Shown: positions 10,405 through 19,010 of the stretch, piece by piece
Numbering within the stretch: the first letter of the stretch is position 1
Layout of the letters: each line of letters starts with the position of its first letter
Source of the DNA: a virus
Taxonomy: Duplodnaviria > Caudoviricetes
Strand: one strand, 5' to 3'
DNA length: 43,329 nucleotides
IMG/VR virus record: IMGVR_UViG_3300037307_000335
Coordinates: 1-43,329 of that record
Translations under genes and position numbers: made by a program
The notes under the pieces: model-generated
Databases searched by the model: none
Told to the model about the DNA's origin: nothing
The model's input: only the letters and a program-made list of their open reading frames with translations

Positions 10405-12030
10405 ATGCTTTTTGATTATAACAGGCTTCGCAAAGAACAAAAAGACAAAATCCTCACAAAGTGGGGTCCTTTCTTAAAAGGTATCGAGAGCCCGATACTA
10501 AGAGAAAGCACAGCAATGCTTCTTGAAAATGAAGCACAATATTTATTAGAAGAACCAGCTACTCAGGCAGCTGATGTGGTTGGTATCCAGAAAATCCTTC
10601 TACCTATCGTTCGAAGAGTGTTCCCAAATTTGATAGCTAATAACATCGTATCAGTTCAGCCATTAGCTGGACCTACTGGAGTTATTTTCTATTTAAAATA
10701 TAAATTTGGATCAACAAAATCTGAAACTCTTGCTGGATCAGAATATTCTATGTATTCAGATCAACCTTCAGATGTTAGCCAGGGATATAACCCTTACTAC
10801 TCGACTGACGAAGTAAGAGAAACAACAGTTACTTTCACCGATGGTGGTGGAGCTGCAGTATCAACATTTGATATCGTTTCTGATGCAAATTACAGAGATG
10901 GTTTAGATTTAGGTGCTGACTCAACAGACGCTACTAACGGACTGTTAAAAAGAGTCTCTTTAAGATTCAAAGCAGCTGTTACAGCTACTCCAGCTAACTA
11001 CTCAGTATGGGTTGTTAGATATAATGGAAACCTGGGACAATGGGTTGCAAAAGAAATCGACAGAGGCGGAACTGGTGTTGTATTAGCAAGCAATGCTTCA
11101 GACGATACAGCATTCAAAGGTATTACTGTTGGGACAGATTGGGATTCTTCAACTGGTGCATTACCGAAAGGTCAAGCACAATGGGTACATGCAACAAAGA
11201 AAGTTGTATTCTCCCCATTCGTTGGAGTTAACACAGATAATGGTGCTAATATCACAATTACTGGAATTGAAATGCTCTATACCTACAAACAAGAAGGAAC
11301 AGAACATATTCCAGAAATGGCTATTAGTATTTCTCAGTATCCTATTACTGTTAAATCCAGAAAATTAAAAGCAACATGGACAAATGAAGCTGAACAAGAC
11401 TTAAAAGCTTATCATGGCTTAAACGCTGATGCAGAGCTTACAGCTCTTGTTTCAAACGAAATGATCGCTGAAATCGACAGGGAGATTGTAGGAAAATGCT
11501 TAGAAGTAGCACCTATTTCTTCTTATAGATACATCGATTGGAATTCTGATGTTGCCAATAACACTTCTGGAAACTATCTCGATAGACACAGAAATCTGGT
11601 TCAAACTATTACAGAGCTCAGCAATGAAATTTATAGAAAGAGCAAGATTGGTCCTGCAAACTGGATAGTAACTTCTCCAAAAGTAGCATCATATCTTGAA
11701 ACTCTCGAAGGTTTTATCGCAGCTCCTGCAGCAATTCAGGGCGGATTAGGAATTGTTAAAGCTGGAACTTACAGAGGAAACTTTACAGTATACAAAGATC
11801 CTTTATTCCCAGCAAACAAGATCTTATGTGGACATAAATCACCTGCTTCACCTTTCGGTGCTGGCGTTGTATATGCTCCTTACGTAACACAGATCACTCC
11901 TACTCTTTATGGTCCAAACGACTTCACACCAAGAAAAGGTTTCATCGCAAGATACGGCTTAATTGACGTACCACTTGGAAACTTACTATATGGTATGATT
12001 TCAATTGCAGATCTTCCAGGTTCAGTGTAA
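10405..12030 (+). CDS. gp23: Major capsid protein (T4 gp23-like)
   Basis: VRRVFPNLIANNIVSVQPLAGPTG, SRKLKATWTNEAEQDLKAYHG, EIDREI, VYAPY, FTPRKGFIARYG motifs. Confidence 0.97.
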   Translation: MLFDYNRLRKEQKDKILTKWGPFLKGIESPILRESTAMLLENEAQYLLEEPATQAADVVGIQKILLPIVRRVFPNLIANNIVSVQPLAGPTGVIFYLKYKFGSTKSETLAGSEYSMYSDQPSDVSQGYNPYYSTDEVRETTVTFTDGGGAAVSTFDIVSDANYRDGLDLGADSTDATNGLLKRVSLRFKAAVTATPANYSVWVVRYNGNLGQWVAKEIDRGGTGVVLASNASDDTAFKGITVGTDWDSSTGALPKGQAQWVHATKKVVFSPFVGVNTDNGANITITGIEMLYTYKQEGTEHIPEMAISISQYPITVKSRKLKATWTNEAEQDLKAYHGLNADAELTALVSNEMIAEIDREIVGKCLEVAPISSYRYIDWNSDVANNTSGNYLDRHRNLVQTITELSNEIYRKSKIGPANWIVTSPKVASYLETLEGFIAAPAAIQGGLGIVKAGTYRGNFTVYKDPLFPANKILCGHKSPASPFGAGVVYAPYVTQITPTLYGPNDFTPRKGFIARYGLIDVPLGNLLYGMISIADLPGSV

Positions 12031-12057
12031 TAGCTGATTTATTAAGAATTATTAACG

Positions 12058-12084
12058 AGGCCAATCTTCGGATTGGCCTTTTTT
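12058..12084 (+). terminator. Rho-independent terminator after capsid gene
   Basis: AGGCCAATC-TTCG-GATTGGCCT plus T run. Confidence 0.9.
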
Positions 12085-12140
12085 GTAGAAAGATAAATAC
12101 AAACAATACCTTTGTAAAATTATGACAAGGAGGCATTAAC

Positions 12141-12920
12141 ATGGCCATTGATACAGCAAATATAGATTCTAAAAATTGTCCAATAAAACACAGATTAAAT
12201 GCAGAATTATCAGCATCAGATACTGTGCAATTGAACTCGCTAGAAGCTGATGAAAAAACTTTTTATCAGTGGGTAAATACTAATTTACCAGCAAATAAAA
12301 TAGGAACACCAGATTTACAAGCTTTAGTAACTGCAAGAGCAGTTGGATCAGTTACTTTCAAATTCTATTCAGAAGATGAAGATACACCGATAAAAGTTTA
12401 CTACAACAGATCTGACGTAGTTGCTTATGGAGCAGCAGTCACAAACGTTCCAACGACAGCTACTACATTATGCTCTGGTCTTACGGGAGAGAATGTATGG
12501 GCAAGAACTGATGCTGCATTAGTTGCAGGGTCACATTGCAAATTCAAATTTGCCGCAGTTGATTCTGAAGATCCAACAAATAAAGGTGCTATAACTTCAG
12601 CCATTGATGTTATAATTCCACCAGCTTCACCAACAACTATATTAGCAGCAGCTGGTAATACTCAAATAACAGTAAGCTGGGATGAAATGAGTGGAGCAGC
12701 TTCATACGACATTTATTATTTGGCAAGTGAAACTGCAAAAACAGCAGCTCAAATATTAGCAGATCCAAGTACAATTCATTGGTCTGGAACTGAGGTTCCA
12801 GCAGGAACAGTAATCACTGGTTTAACTAATGGAACAAAATATTATGTTACAGTGACAGCTACAAACCCAGGTGGAACTTCACTTGGTGGTACATCTTCTA
12901 ACGCAACACCTTCTGCTTAA
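12141..12920 (+). CDS. Fibronectin type III domain virion protein (putative capsid decoration)
   Basis: C-terminal FN3 pattern (AGNTQITVSWD, SYDIYY, ITGLTNGTKYYVTVTATN); directly after capsid gene; SD AGGAGG. Confidence 0.75.
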   Translation: MAIDTANIDSKNCPIKHRLNAELSASDTVQLNSLEADEKTFYQWVNTNLPANKIGTPDLQALVTARAVGSVTFKFYSEDEDTPIKVYYNRSDVVAYGAAVTNVPTTATTLCSGLTGENVWARTDAALVAGSHCKFKFAAVDSEDPTNKGAITSAIDVIIPPASPTTILAAAGNTQITVSWDEMSGAASYDIYYLASETAKTAAQILADPSTIHWSGTEVPAGTVITGLTNGTKYYVTVTATNPGGTSLGGTSSNATPSA

Positions 12921-12939
12921 TAAAAATATTTAAGGTTAT

Positions 12940-12967
12940 AGGCCAATCTTTAAGATTGGCCTTTTTT
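12940..12967 (+). terminator. Rho-independent terminator
   Basis: AGGCCAATCT...AGATTGGCCT plus T run; same stem as the terminator at 12058. Confidence 0.85.
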
Positions 12968-12989
12968 GTGCGTCTGCATATTTAATTAA

Positions 12990-13706
12990 ATGGAACGTCC
13001 TTTAAATAAAAAATCTTATGGAAGTATAGCACATTTACCAGAAAGCAAATTGGGGGAAAATGATAAAGTTTGTCCAGAAGGCCAAATTTTAATAGCAACT
13101 AAAAGACCAAGAGATTGGAAAGATCTAATAATAGTCCAAGAAAAACTCGATGGATCAAATATGTCGGTTGCAAAAATAAATGGAATTATAACTCCACTAA
13201 CTAGAACTGGTTATAGAGCGATAGAAAGTGTATTTAAACACCACAAATTATTTCATAATTGGGTTTTTAAAAATCAATCTAGATTCGACTCTCTATTAAA
13301 AGAAGGGGAAAGAATTTGTGGTGAATGGATATTACAAGTTCATGGTACTCATTATAAACTAGAACATGAACCATTTGTGGCATTTGATTTAATGGTTGGA
13401 ACTGATAGATTGATTTATCACGAATTCTTACTTAGAGTATTAAGATATGACTTTGTAATACCAAAGCTAGTCCACATGGGTCAACCAATAGATGTAAAGA
13501 ATGTAATGAAGATTTTAAATAAGTCTGGTCATGGAGCTATAGAAGGACCAGAAGGAGCTGTCTGGAGAATAGAAAGAGAAGGACAAGTTGACTTCTTAGT
13601 CAAGTATGTAAGATCAGACAAAGTAGATGGAAAATATCTTAATCAAGATTTATTCAATGAAGGCTGGGAAAGATACTTAAATGATGAGCAAGAAAGAGAG
13701 AGCTAA
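12990..13706 (+). CDS. RNA ligase-family nucleotidyltransferase
   Basis: Motif I QEKLDGSN, III ICGEW, IIIa FVAFD, IV EGAVWR, V LVKYV. Confidence 0.85.
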   Translation: MERPLNKKSYGSIAHLPESKLGENDKVCPEGQILIATKRPRDWKDLIIVQEKLDGSNMSVAKINGIITPLTRTGYRAIESVFKHHKLFHNWVFKNQSRFDSLLKEGERICGEWILQVHGTHYKLEHEPFVAFDLMVGTDRLIYHEFLLRVLRYDFVIPKLVHMGQPIDVKNVMKILNKSGHGAIEGPEGAVWRIEREGQVDFLVKYVRSDKVDGKYLNQDLFNEGWERYLNDEQERES

Positions 13707-14001
13707 AAGATTATTACAAAATAAACTTTGTATAAATTGTAATTTTAAAAATACATGTGAAAAGAAATCGAGAAAATATTTGACATGTGCTAAGTGGGAA
13801 AAAGAATCAACTCATATTGGTAGTTTATTAAATGTTGTTAAGCAAATGTACCCAAGTGTTATAAATGAAAATTTTTTCAAAAATGGCTCAATGGAAAATA
13901 TATTCAATAACTCATTTTATTCTAATTTCGCTAAAATGTTGGGTATCCCAAAGGATTACTTATTTGGAAACGAAGAAAAAAATAAAAAACCTACTAAATA
14001 A
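13681..14001 (+). CDS. Small Cys4 protein with capsid-like and portal-like peptide segments
   Basis: LLQNKLCINC...C...TC domain, followed by LLNVVKQMYPSVINEN and MLGIPKDYLFG. Confidence 0.6.
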   Translation: MMSKKERAKRLLQNKLCINCNFKNTCEKKSRKYLTCAKWEKESTHIGSLLNVVKQMYPSVINENFFKNGSMENIFNNSFYSNFAKMLGIPKDYLFGNEEKNKKPTK

Positions 14002-14149
14002 TAAAATTTGCAACTTGTGCTATAAGTACTCTATTTGTGAAAATAAAAAAGAATTGACATGTGACGATTTTAAAACAGCAAGCGAATCATATATTGTTTA
14101 TAGTCCTTATATCCATTTTTATATCCCTGTAATAGTATGTAATTCTTAA
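13964..14149 (+). CDS. Small Cys4 protein, paralog of 13681 ORF
   Basis: Likely TTG start at 13964 after AAGGA; LLNNKICNLC...C...TC domain, then IVYSPYI. Confidence 0.55.
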   Translation: METKKKIKNLLNNKICNLCYKYSICENKKELTCDDFKTASESYIVYSPYIHFYIPVIVCNS

Positions 14150-14213
14150 AATGTTCAAGAAGCAGAAATTAATAGAAAGATAATATCATAGTCTCTAAAT
14201 AGGAGTCATTAAT

Positions 14214-14675
14214 ATGGAAGATTTTGCAAAAAGAATGCTTGCTAGAAAAATAAGAGAATCACTTAAGTTTAAAATAGATTCTATAAATTTTGATTCAGAT
14301 ATGATTGATAATTGCCAAGATGAGGTTTTTAAGAAAGCAATCCAAGCTGTAATAGATCAGCAAAAAATGTGCTTTGGAAAACTACAAAGAATATTATTTA
14401 CATTAGATCCAAAAGAATGCGAACTAAATAAATCAGGTTCTAATGATATAAGTAACATAGTCAACTCAGTATACAAACAACAGGATAAAGACGATGTAAA
14501 TAATCTATCAATAGCAGATTTAAATATTAAAACAGAGCCCGTCCCAGCAGAAGTTGTAATAGCTACAGATGATGACGAAAGTGACTATTCTTTTGAGAGC
14601 ATTCAAGAAAAGCTTAATGAAGAATTAGAACAAACAAAAAACGAGTATATAACTTCTACTAAAAAGACTAAATAA
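14214..14675 (+). CDS. Hypothetical protein, possible degenerate ferritin-like/rubrerythrin half-domain
   Basis: SD AGGAG; DEVFKKAI...DQQKMCFGKLQRILFTLDPKE pattern. Confidence 0.5.
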   Translation: MEDFAKRMLARKIRESLKFKIDSINFDSDMIDNCQDEVFKKAIQAVIDQQKMCFGKLQRILFTLDPKECELNKSGSNDISNIVNSVYKQQDKDDVNNLSIADLNIKTEPVPAEVVIATDDDESDYSFESIQEKLNEELEQTKNEYITSTKKTK

Positions 14676-14760
14676 AAATTACAATTTAATACAAAGAAAA
14701 AGCACGTCGACGCATAGCTTAAGGTGTACTTAAAATAATTCCTACGAAGGAGGGATTTAT

Positions 14761-15414
14761 ATGTTTAATTTATTGAGAAATGTGTTTTTTGGAAAAGTGG
14801 GTGCGTCTTCTAATGTTATTAAAGGCGCTAAGTACTGGAATGATAATGCTAAATATTATATACAGACTAATAACCCAACAGAAGAGACTCTAAGAAAAAG
14901 GACCGTTCCTGGTTTTTTAGAATCTTGTGGGCCAACATCAGCTATAAATTGTATATCAGCAATGGGATATAATTTATCAATTAAATGTCCTGGCGTATAT
15001 GAACCACAACCTGAAGAGATATTAATGGATTATTTTAATGATCCAAGAAACTACGACAAATTGACAGCTGCTAGACCAGGTACACCGGCGAAAGATTGGT
15101 TGGGAAATGAAATACCTCAATTTTATCCAGTAGCTATAAAAGACGTCTTTGGTGTAGATTGTAAATTTGATTGGATTAGCGATTTTAACAAAATTGCAGA
15201 ATTCCTTAAATCTGGCAAAGCTGTACAATTATGCTTAAAAACTCCAGGTCATTATGTAGCAGCAGTAGCATATAACGAGACATCTAAAGAAATAATAATA
15301 AATGATCCTTGGCCAGGAAGATTTGCTGATGGGAATGGTTTCAACAAAATAATCACTTTCGACGAATACTCGAAAAATGTTAATGCATTTGTTATTATTT
15401 ATGGGATAAAATAA
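14761..15414 (+). CDS. C39-like (papain-fold) cysteine peptidase
   Basis: Q...SCGPTSA, GHYVAAVAY, IINDPW (Cys-His-Asp); SD AGGAGG. Confidence 0.75.
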   Translation: MFNLLRNVFFGKVGASSNVIKGAKYWNDNAKYYIQTNNPTEETLRKRTVPGFLESCGPTSAINCISAMGYNLSIKCPGVYEPQPEEILMDYFNDPRNYDKLTAARPGTPAKDWLGNEIPQFYPVAIKDVFGVDCKFDWISDFNKIAEFLKSGKAVQLCLKTPGHYVAAVAYNETSKEIIINDPWPGRFADGNGFNKIITFDEYSKNVNAFVIIYGIK

Positions 15415-15431
15415 TCGCTCAAGTTGTTTAG

Positions 15432-15451
15432 TTTCGATGACGTCTTATATT
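15432..15451 (+). promoter_or_regulatory. Putative early promoter TTTCGA-N8-TATATT
   Basis: Same architecture at 16262 and 42519. Confidence 0.6.
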
Positions 15452-15474
15452 GAAAGTATAGGAGGTTCATTTAT

Positions 15475-16203
15475 ATGGACAAAACTAAAACAACTGAAAG
15501 CCCTAAGAAACCAGATTATGTCCTTAAAGGGCATAAAAACAAAATCGAGGTAAGCCTTCGAGATCAGAAGCATAAAGAAGGAGATAAATATCTGCTAGAA
15601 AAAGCAGAATATTATTCTACTCCTTTTTCATGCGACCATTGCGGCCACAGTCCAGCACTATTCAGGTTGATCATAAAAGATCTAGGAAACAACAAAAAAA
15701 TAGCTGTCGGAAGTGAATGTATCAAAAGCTTTTCTAAAGAAGGTATTGACGCAAAGGAAGCTGTTAAACGCAAGAAGATCTTGAAAAGGCAAATGCGAAA
15801 AGCTCGAAAGGTTGCTAAAGAAGCACTCAAAACTGGCCTCTATGATTCTTTCCTGAAGGAAGAGAAATCAGATATAATCATCAGATTATCGTCTGATATC
15901 ATCAACGGAACATTCAAAAAAGAAGAATGGCCAATTGATAACTCTCTGACTAAAGAGGATGTTTGGGGAAAGCTTGGAATAACTGAATCTCCAAAACACA
16001 TCCCAACTAAGAAAGAACTGAAGGCTGAAAACAAACAGAAAGATACTGAAAAGCCAAAGAAAGCACCAGCTAAACCAAAAAACGAGGTAAAGAAAGAAGT
16101 CGATGTTGAAGTGAAAGATACCAAAGAAACCGAGGGAAGTTCACTCAATTTAACACTCGACGATATCGACGACGACTCTTTACTAGCTGTACATCACAGC
16201 TAA
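15475..16203 (+). CDS. Zinc-finger-like protein (CxxCxH...VGSEC), paralog 1
   Basis: FSCDHCGHSP...KKIAVGSECI; Lys-rich then acidic tail; SD AGGAGG. Confidence 0.7.
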   Translation: MDKTKTTESPKKPDYVLKGHKNKIEVSLRDQKHKEGDKYLLEKAEYYSTPFSCDHCGHSPALFRLIIKDLGNNKKIAVGSECIKSFSKEGIDAKEAVKRKKILKRQMRKARKVAKEALKTGLYDSFLKEEKSDIIIRLSSDIINGTFKKEEWPIDNSLTKEDVWGKLGITESPKHIPTKKELKAENKQKDTEKPKKAPAKPKNEVKKEVDVEVKDTKETEGSSLNLTLDDIDDDSLLAVHHS

Positions 16204-16224
16204 AATATCAATTCTTAGGGCCCT

Positions 16225-16252
16225 AAAAGGGAGCTTTAAAGCTCCCTTTTTT
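16225..16252 (+). terminator. Rho-independent terminator
   Basis: AAAAGGGAGC-TTTAAA-GCTCCCTTTT plus further T's. Confidence 0.85.
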
Positions 16253-16261
16253 GTCGCGTAG

Positions 16262-16281
16262 TTTCGATGAGCACTTATAAT
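16262..16281 (+). promoter_or_regulatory. Putative early promoter TTTCGA-N8-TATAAT
   Basis: Perfect -10 box; shares TAGTTTCGATGA with 15429-15440. Confidence 0.65.
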
Positions 16282-16300
16282 AATAGTAGGAGGTGGCAAA

Positions 16301-16813
16301 ATGAAGACCACAAATACAACAAGGAAACCGAGAAACAATGGAGAATATATCTCCAAAGCTTTTCAGGACAGAATTGAGGTTAGCTTGGCTAACATCAGTA
16401 GGAGTAAGGATGATGAATATTCACTAATTCATGTTTTTTATTCATACAACTATTTCTCATGTGAGCTTTGTAACCACAATCCTTGCTCCTATGCCTACGT
16501 TATACAAAATAACAAAACTAACAAAAAAATGAAAGTTGGCAGCGAATGCATCCATCATTTCGATGGTAAGGGAATAAACATAGACTTAGCAGAAGGTCTC
16601 AGAAAAAGAGTCAAAGGTATAACAAGAAAAGAAAGAAGATTCTTAAAAAAGAATATGATCGAAGCAGAATACAAATCAATGACTAAAGAAGAAAAGAGAC
16701 AGATGACTATTTCCCTTTTTCTTAAAAGACAAACAAAAGAATTACTCGAAGGAAAATTTCAAGGTAAAACTATTCTATCAAAAGATGATGTTAAGAAGAT
16801 TTTAGACTACTGA
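16301..16813 (+). CDS. Zinc-finger-like protein, paralog 2
   Basis: IEVSL...FSCELCNHNP...KKMKVGSECI; SD AGGAGG. Confidence 0.7.
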   Translation: MKTTNTTRKPRNNGEYISKAFQDRIEVSLANISRSKDDEYSLIHVFYSYNYFSCELCNHNPCSYAYVIQNNKTNKKMKVGSECIHHFDGKGINIDLAEGLRKRVKGITRKERRFLKKNMIEAEYKSMTKEEKRQMTISLFLKRQTKELLEGKFQGKTILSKDDVKKILDY

Positions 16814-17776
16814 TTCTTCTTCAATAATATTCTTCAATACCATGAAGAGTTCAAGGTTAAGCTTATTATTCTTGGACTCTTCATGTATTATTTTTAAAGC
16901 TTCAGACGGCAACATTTTCATCCTATAAGATCTATTACTTGTTAGGGCGTCGTACACATCAGCTATAGAAACTATTTGTGCATTTATTGGTATTTGATCG
17001 TCTTTAGCCCCACAGGGATAACCAGATCCATCTAATCTTTCATGATGATATAAAACGACATCTAAGCAACTTCTGAGTTTCTCTAAATCTATACAGATGT
17101 TGTATCCTTTTTCAGGATGGGACATTATTTGTTTGAATTCTTCACTGTTCTTATCAAATCTTTTTTCGGATCTCAACACATTATCTTCTATTGCTATTTT
17201 ACCAATATCGTGCAACAAAGCTCCTGTATAAAGTCTTTCTCTTTGATGTTTATCTTTTAAACCATACTTATCAAAAATCTCAAGACTTAATCTAGCAACT
17301 CTTTCAGAATGACCTTCTGTATAGATATCTCTTGCTTCGAGTGCTCTACATAAAGCTAATATAACATGACCAGAATGTTCAAGCTCTTCGTAAGCCTCCG
17401 ACAAAGTAACTAAATTATTTGCAGTCATCAACAATTCAGTTTCTCTAAAAGGAAAATTAAGAATTGTATTAGCACCGGCAACTAGAGATTTCATTTTTAT
17501 TTCGTCTTTAGAAGAAGAGATAACTATTATAGGAATATTTGGGAATTTATCTTTTATGTATTCTACAACTTCTAGACCTTTACTGTCATCTATTTCGTAA
17601 TCAGTTATCAATAGATCTATAGTACCATTGTTGTCGATCAATTTTTTTGAATCTTCTACGCTCTTAGTGAATTCACATTCTATATCTTTTATTTTTAAGA
17701 TACTAACAACATCATCAATTAAAGATTGATTATTAGAAACAAGTAAAGCTTTGTAATTTTTTTTGAACGATTCCAT
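16802..17776 (-). CDS. Response regulator receiver plus HD-GYP cyclic dinucleotide phosphodiesterase
   Basis: REC-like DLLITD...PIIVIS; HSERVA, LLHDIGK, HPEKG, HHERLDGSGYP, ADVYDALTSNRSYR. Start reassigned to ATG 17776 because the longer ORF runs through a terminator. Confidence 0.92.
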   Translation of the reverse strand: MESFKKNYKALLVSNNQSLIDDVVSILKIKDIECEFTKSVEDSKKLIDNNGTIDLLITDYEIDDSKGLEVVEYIKDKFPNIPIIVISSSKDEIKMKSLVAGANTILNFPFRETELLMTANNLVTLSEAYEELEHSGHVILALCRALEARDIYTEGHSERVARLSLEIFDKYGLKDKHQRERLYTGALLHDIGKIAIEDNVLRSEKRFDKNSEEFKQIMSHPEKGYNICIDLEKLRSCLDVVLYHHERLDGSGYPCGAKDDQIPINAQIVSIADVYDALTSNRSYRMKMLPSEALKIIHEESKNNKLNLELFMVLKNIIEEESVV

Positions 17777-17795
17777 AATATTATCTTTTGCGAAC

Positions 17796-17827
17796 AAAAA
17801 AAAAGAGCCAGTAATTTTTCTGGCTCT
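17796..17827 (-). terminator. Rho-independent terminator (minus strand)
   Basis: AGAGCCAG/CTGGCTCT stem followed by a T run on the minus strand, just past the 17835 stop. Confidence 0.85.
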
Positions 17828-17834
17828 ATCTGAA

Positions 17835-18329
17835 CTAATCGTCCTTTCTTTCTTTTGGCTTGATTCTTTCAAATTGACCTAGATCTTTAAATATAAATTC
17901 TATTTCACCTTTTTTTACTTTTTGTTTTATTTCAGATGTAAGCTCTAAATCAATCATTGCTTTTTCTGTATTTTCTGCAATTACTTTTTTCTCCAAAATT
18001 ATTTCACATTCTTTCTTGTCTACAACGACTACCTCAAATACTTTCATTATGTCCTCCTTGATAGTATTTTTGTTAAGATGTTTTTCAATCATCTCATTTA
18101 ATTTTTCAAAGTTTATATCTTCTTTAACAATTGGATAACTAACATTCCACGGTTGATGTATGATTGGCTGAACAACTGGTTGAATAGTTGGACCGTATGG
18201 TTGATCCCATCTAGGAATTGGATCTCCTATATAAATGCTTGGGTCTCTCCATATTCCAGTGTTTCCACCTGTTGATGAAGATCCCGTCGTTACTGTATTT
18301 GTAGTTACATTTAAAATAACTTCAGACAT
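17835..18329 (-). CDS. Hypothetical protein with low-complexity N-terminus and internal in-frame start
   Basis: ATG 18329 with GAGG; second ATG at 18047 preceded by AAGGAGG. Confidence 0.6.
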   Translation of the reverse strand: MSEVILNVTTNTVTTGSSSTGGNTGIWRDPSIYIGDPIPRWDQPYGPTIQPVVQPIIHQPWNVSYPIVKEDINFEKLNEMIEKHLNKNTIKEDIMKVFEVVVVDKKECEIILEKKVIAENTEKAMIDLELTSEIKQKVKKGEIEFIFKDLGQFERIKPKERKDD

Positions 18330-18337
18330 AATTAACC

Positions 18338-18652
18338 TCACTCTATTTTGATATTTCTAAAATCTCCCGTTCCACTACTCCCATCAGAGGAATAACTACA
18401 TGAAGACGAGCAATTAAATGCTGTATTCATAATACTCAAATTATTATTGTTGTAATTTATTGACCAAGTATTTGCATTCCCTAAAGTTAGAGACTCTATA
18501 TTTTCTGCTGGTAATATTTTAGGTATTTCTTCAGATTCTATACAACTTCTCATTAACTCTTCTACTTTTACAGAAGCGTTTTCGTTGAATTTTTTCTTAA
18601 ACTTCTTCCATATATTTTCATCTATTGTTATTCCTGGCTGCGTTTTCCCCAT
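18338..18652 (-). CDS. Ribbon-helix-helix-like DNA-binding protein
   Basis: GITIDENIWKKFKK...NASVKVEELMR pattern; SD AAGGAG; N/S-rich tail. Confidence 0.6.
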   Translation of the reverse strand: MGKTQPGITIDENIWKKFKKKFNENASVKVEELMRSCIESEEIPKILPAENIESLTLGNANTWSINYNNNNLSIMNTAFNCSSSCSYSSDGSSGTGDFRNIKIE

Positions 18653-18745
18653 ATTACTCTCCTTTTTGATTCATATATATAACGTATATACGAGTTTATC
18701 TTTATGAATGTTTAAAAAAGTTCACTGCTCGCACAAGATAATTTT

Positions 18746-19006
18746 ATGAAATTATTTAAGTGGTATAAAAACCAATATTTTGAAGATTATGAATTCCCAA
18801 TTGTTGCTAGAGAAAATAAATATATTTTTATTTCGATAAGAAAACTGGACGCTAAAATTATAGAAAATTGTCAATTGATGTTTGGTGTTAAAGCCACACA
18901 TTATCAAAGAGAAGAAAAGAACCTAGATATACATGTAAGCAATGGAGACATAGTTAAATTTATATTCAATAATGAAAACCAGATAAGAGACTTTTTAAGG
19001 AGATAA
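18746..19006 (+). CDS. Hypothetical protein (possibly leaderless)
   Basis: AAGATAA-N4-ATG start, no SD. Confidence 0.55.
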   Translation: MKLFKWYKNQYFEDYEFPIVARENKYIFISIRKLDAKIIENCQLMFGVKATHYQREEKNLDIHVSNGDIVKFIFNNENQIRDFLRR

Positions 19007-19010
19007 ATAT

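Noticed and set aside
17777-17872. N-terminal extension of the HD-GYP ORF
   Set aside because: It spans the upstream gene's terminator and the promoter-like motif; ATG 17776 fits the receiver domain start.
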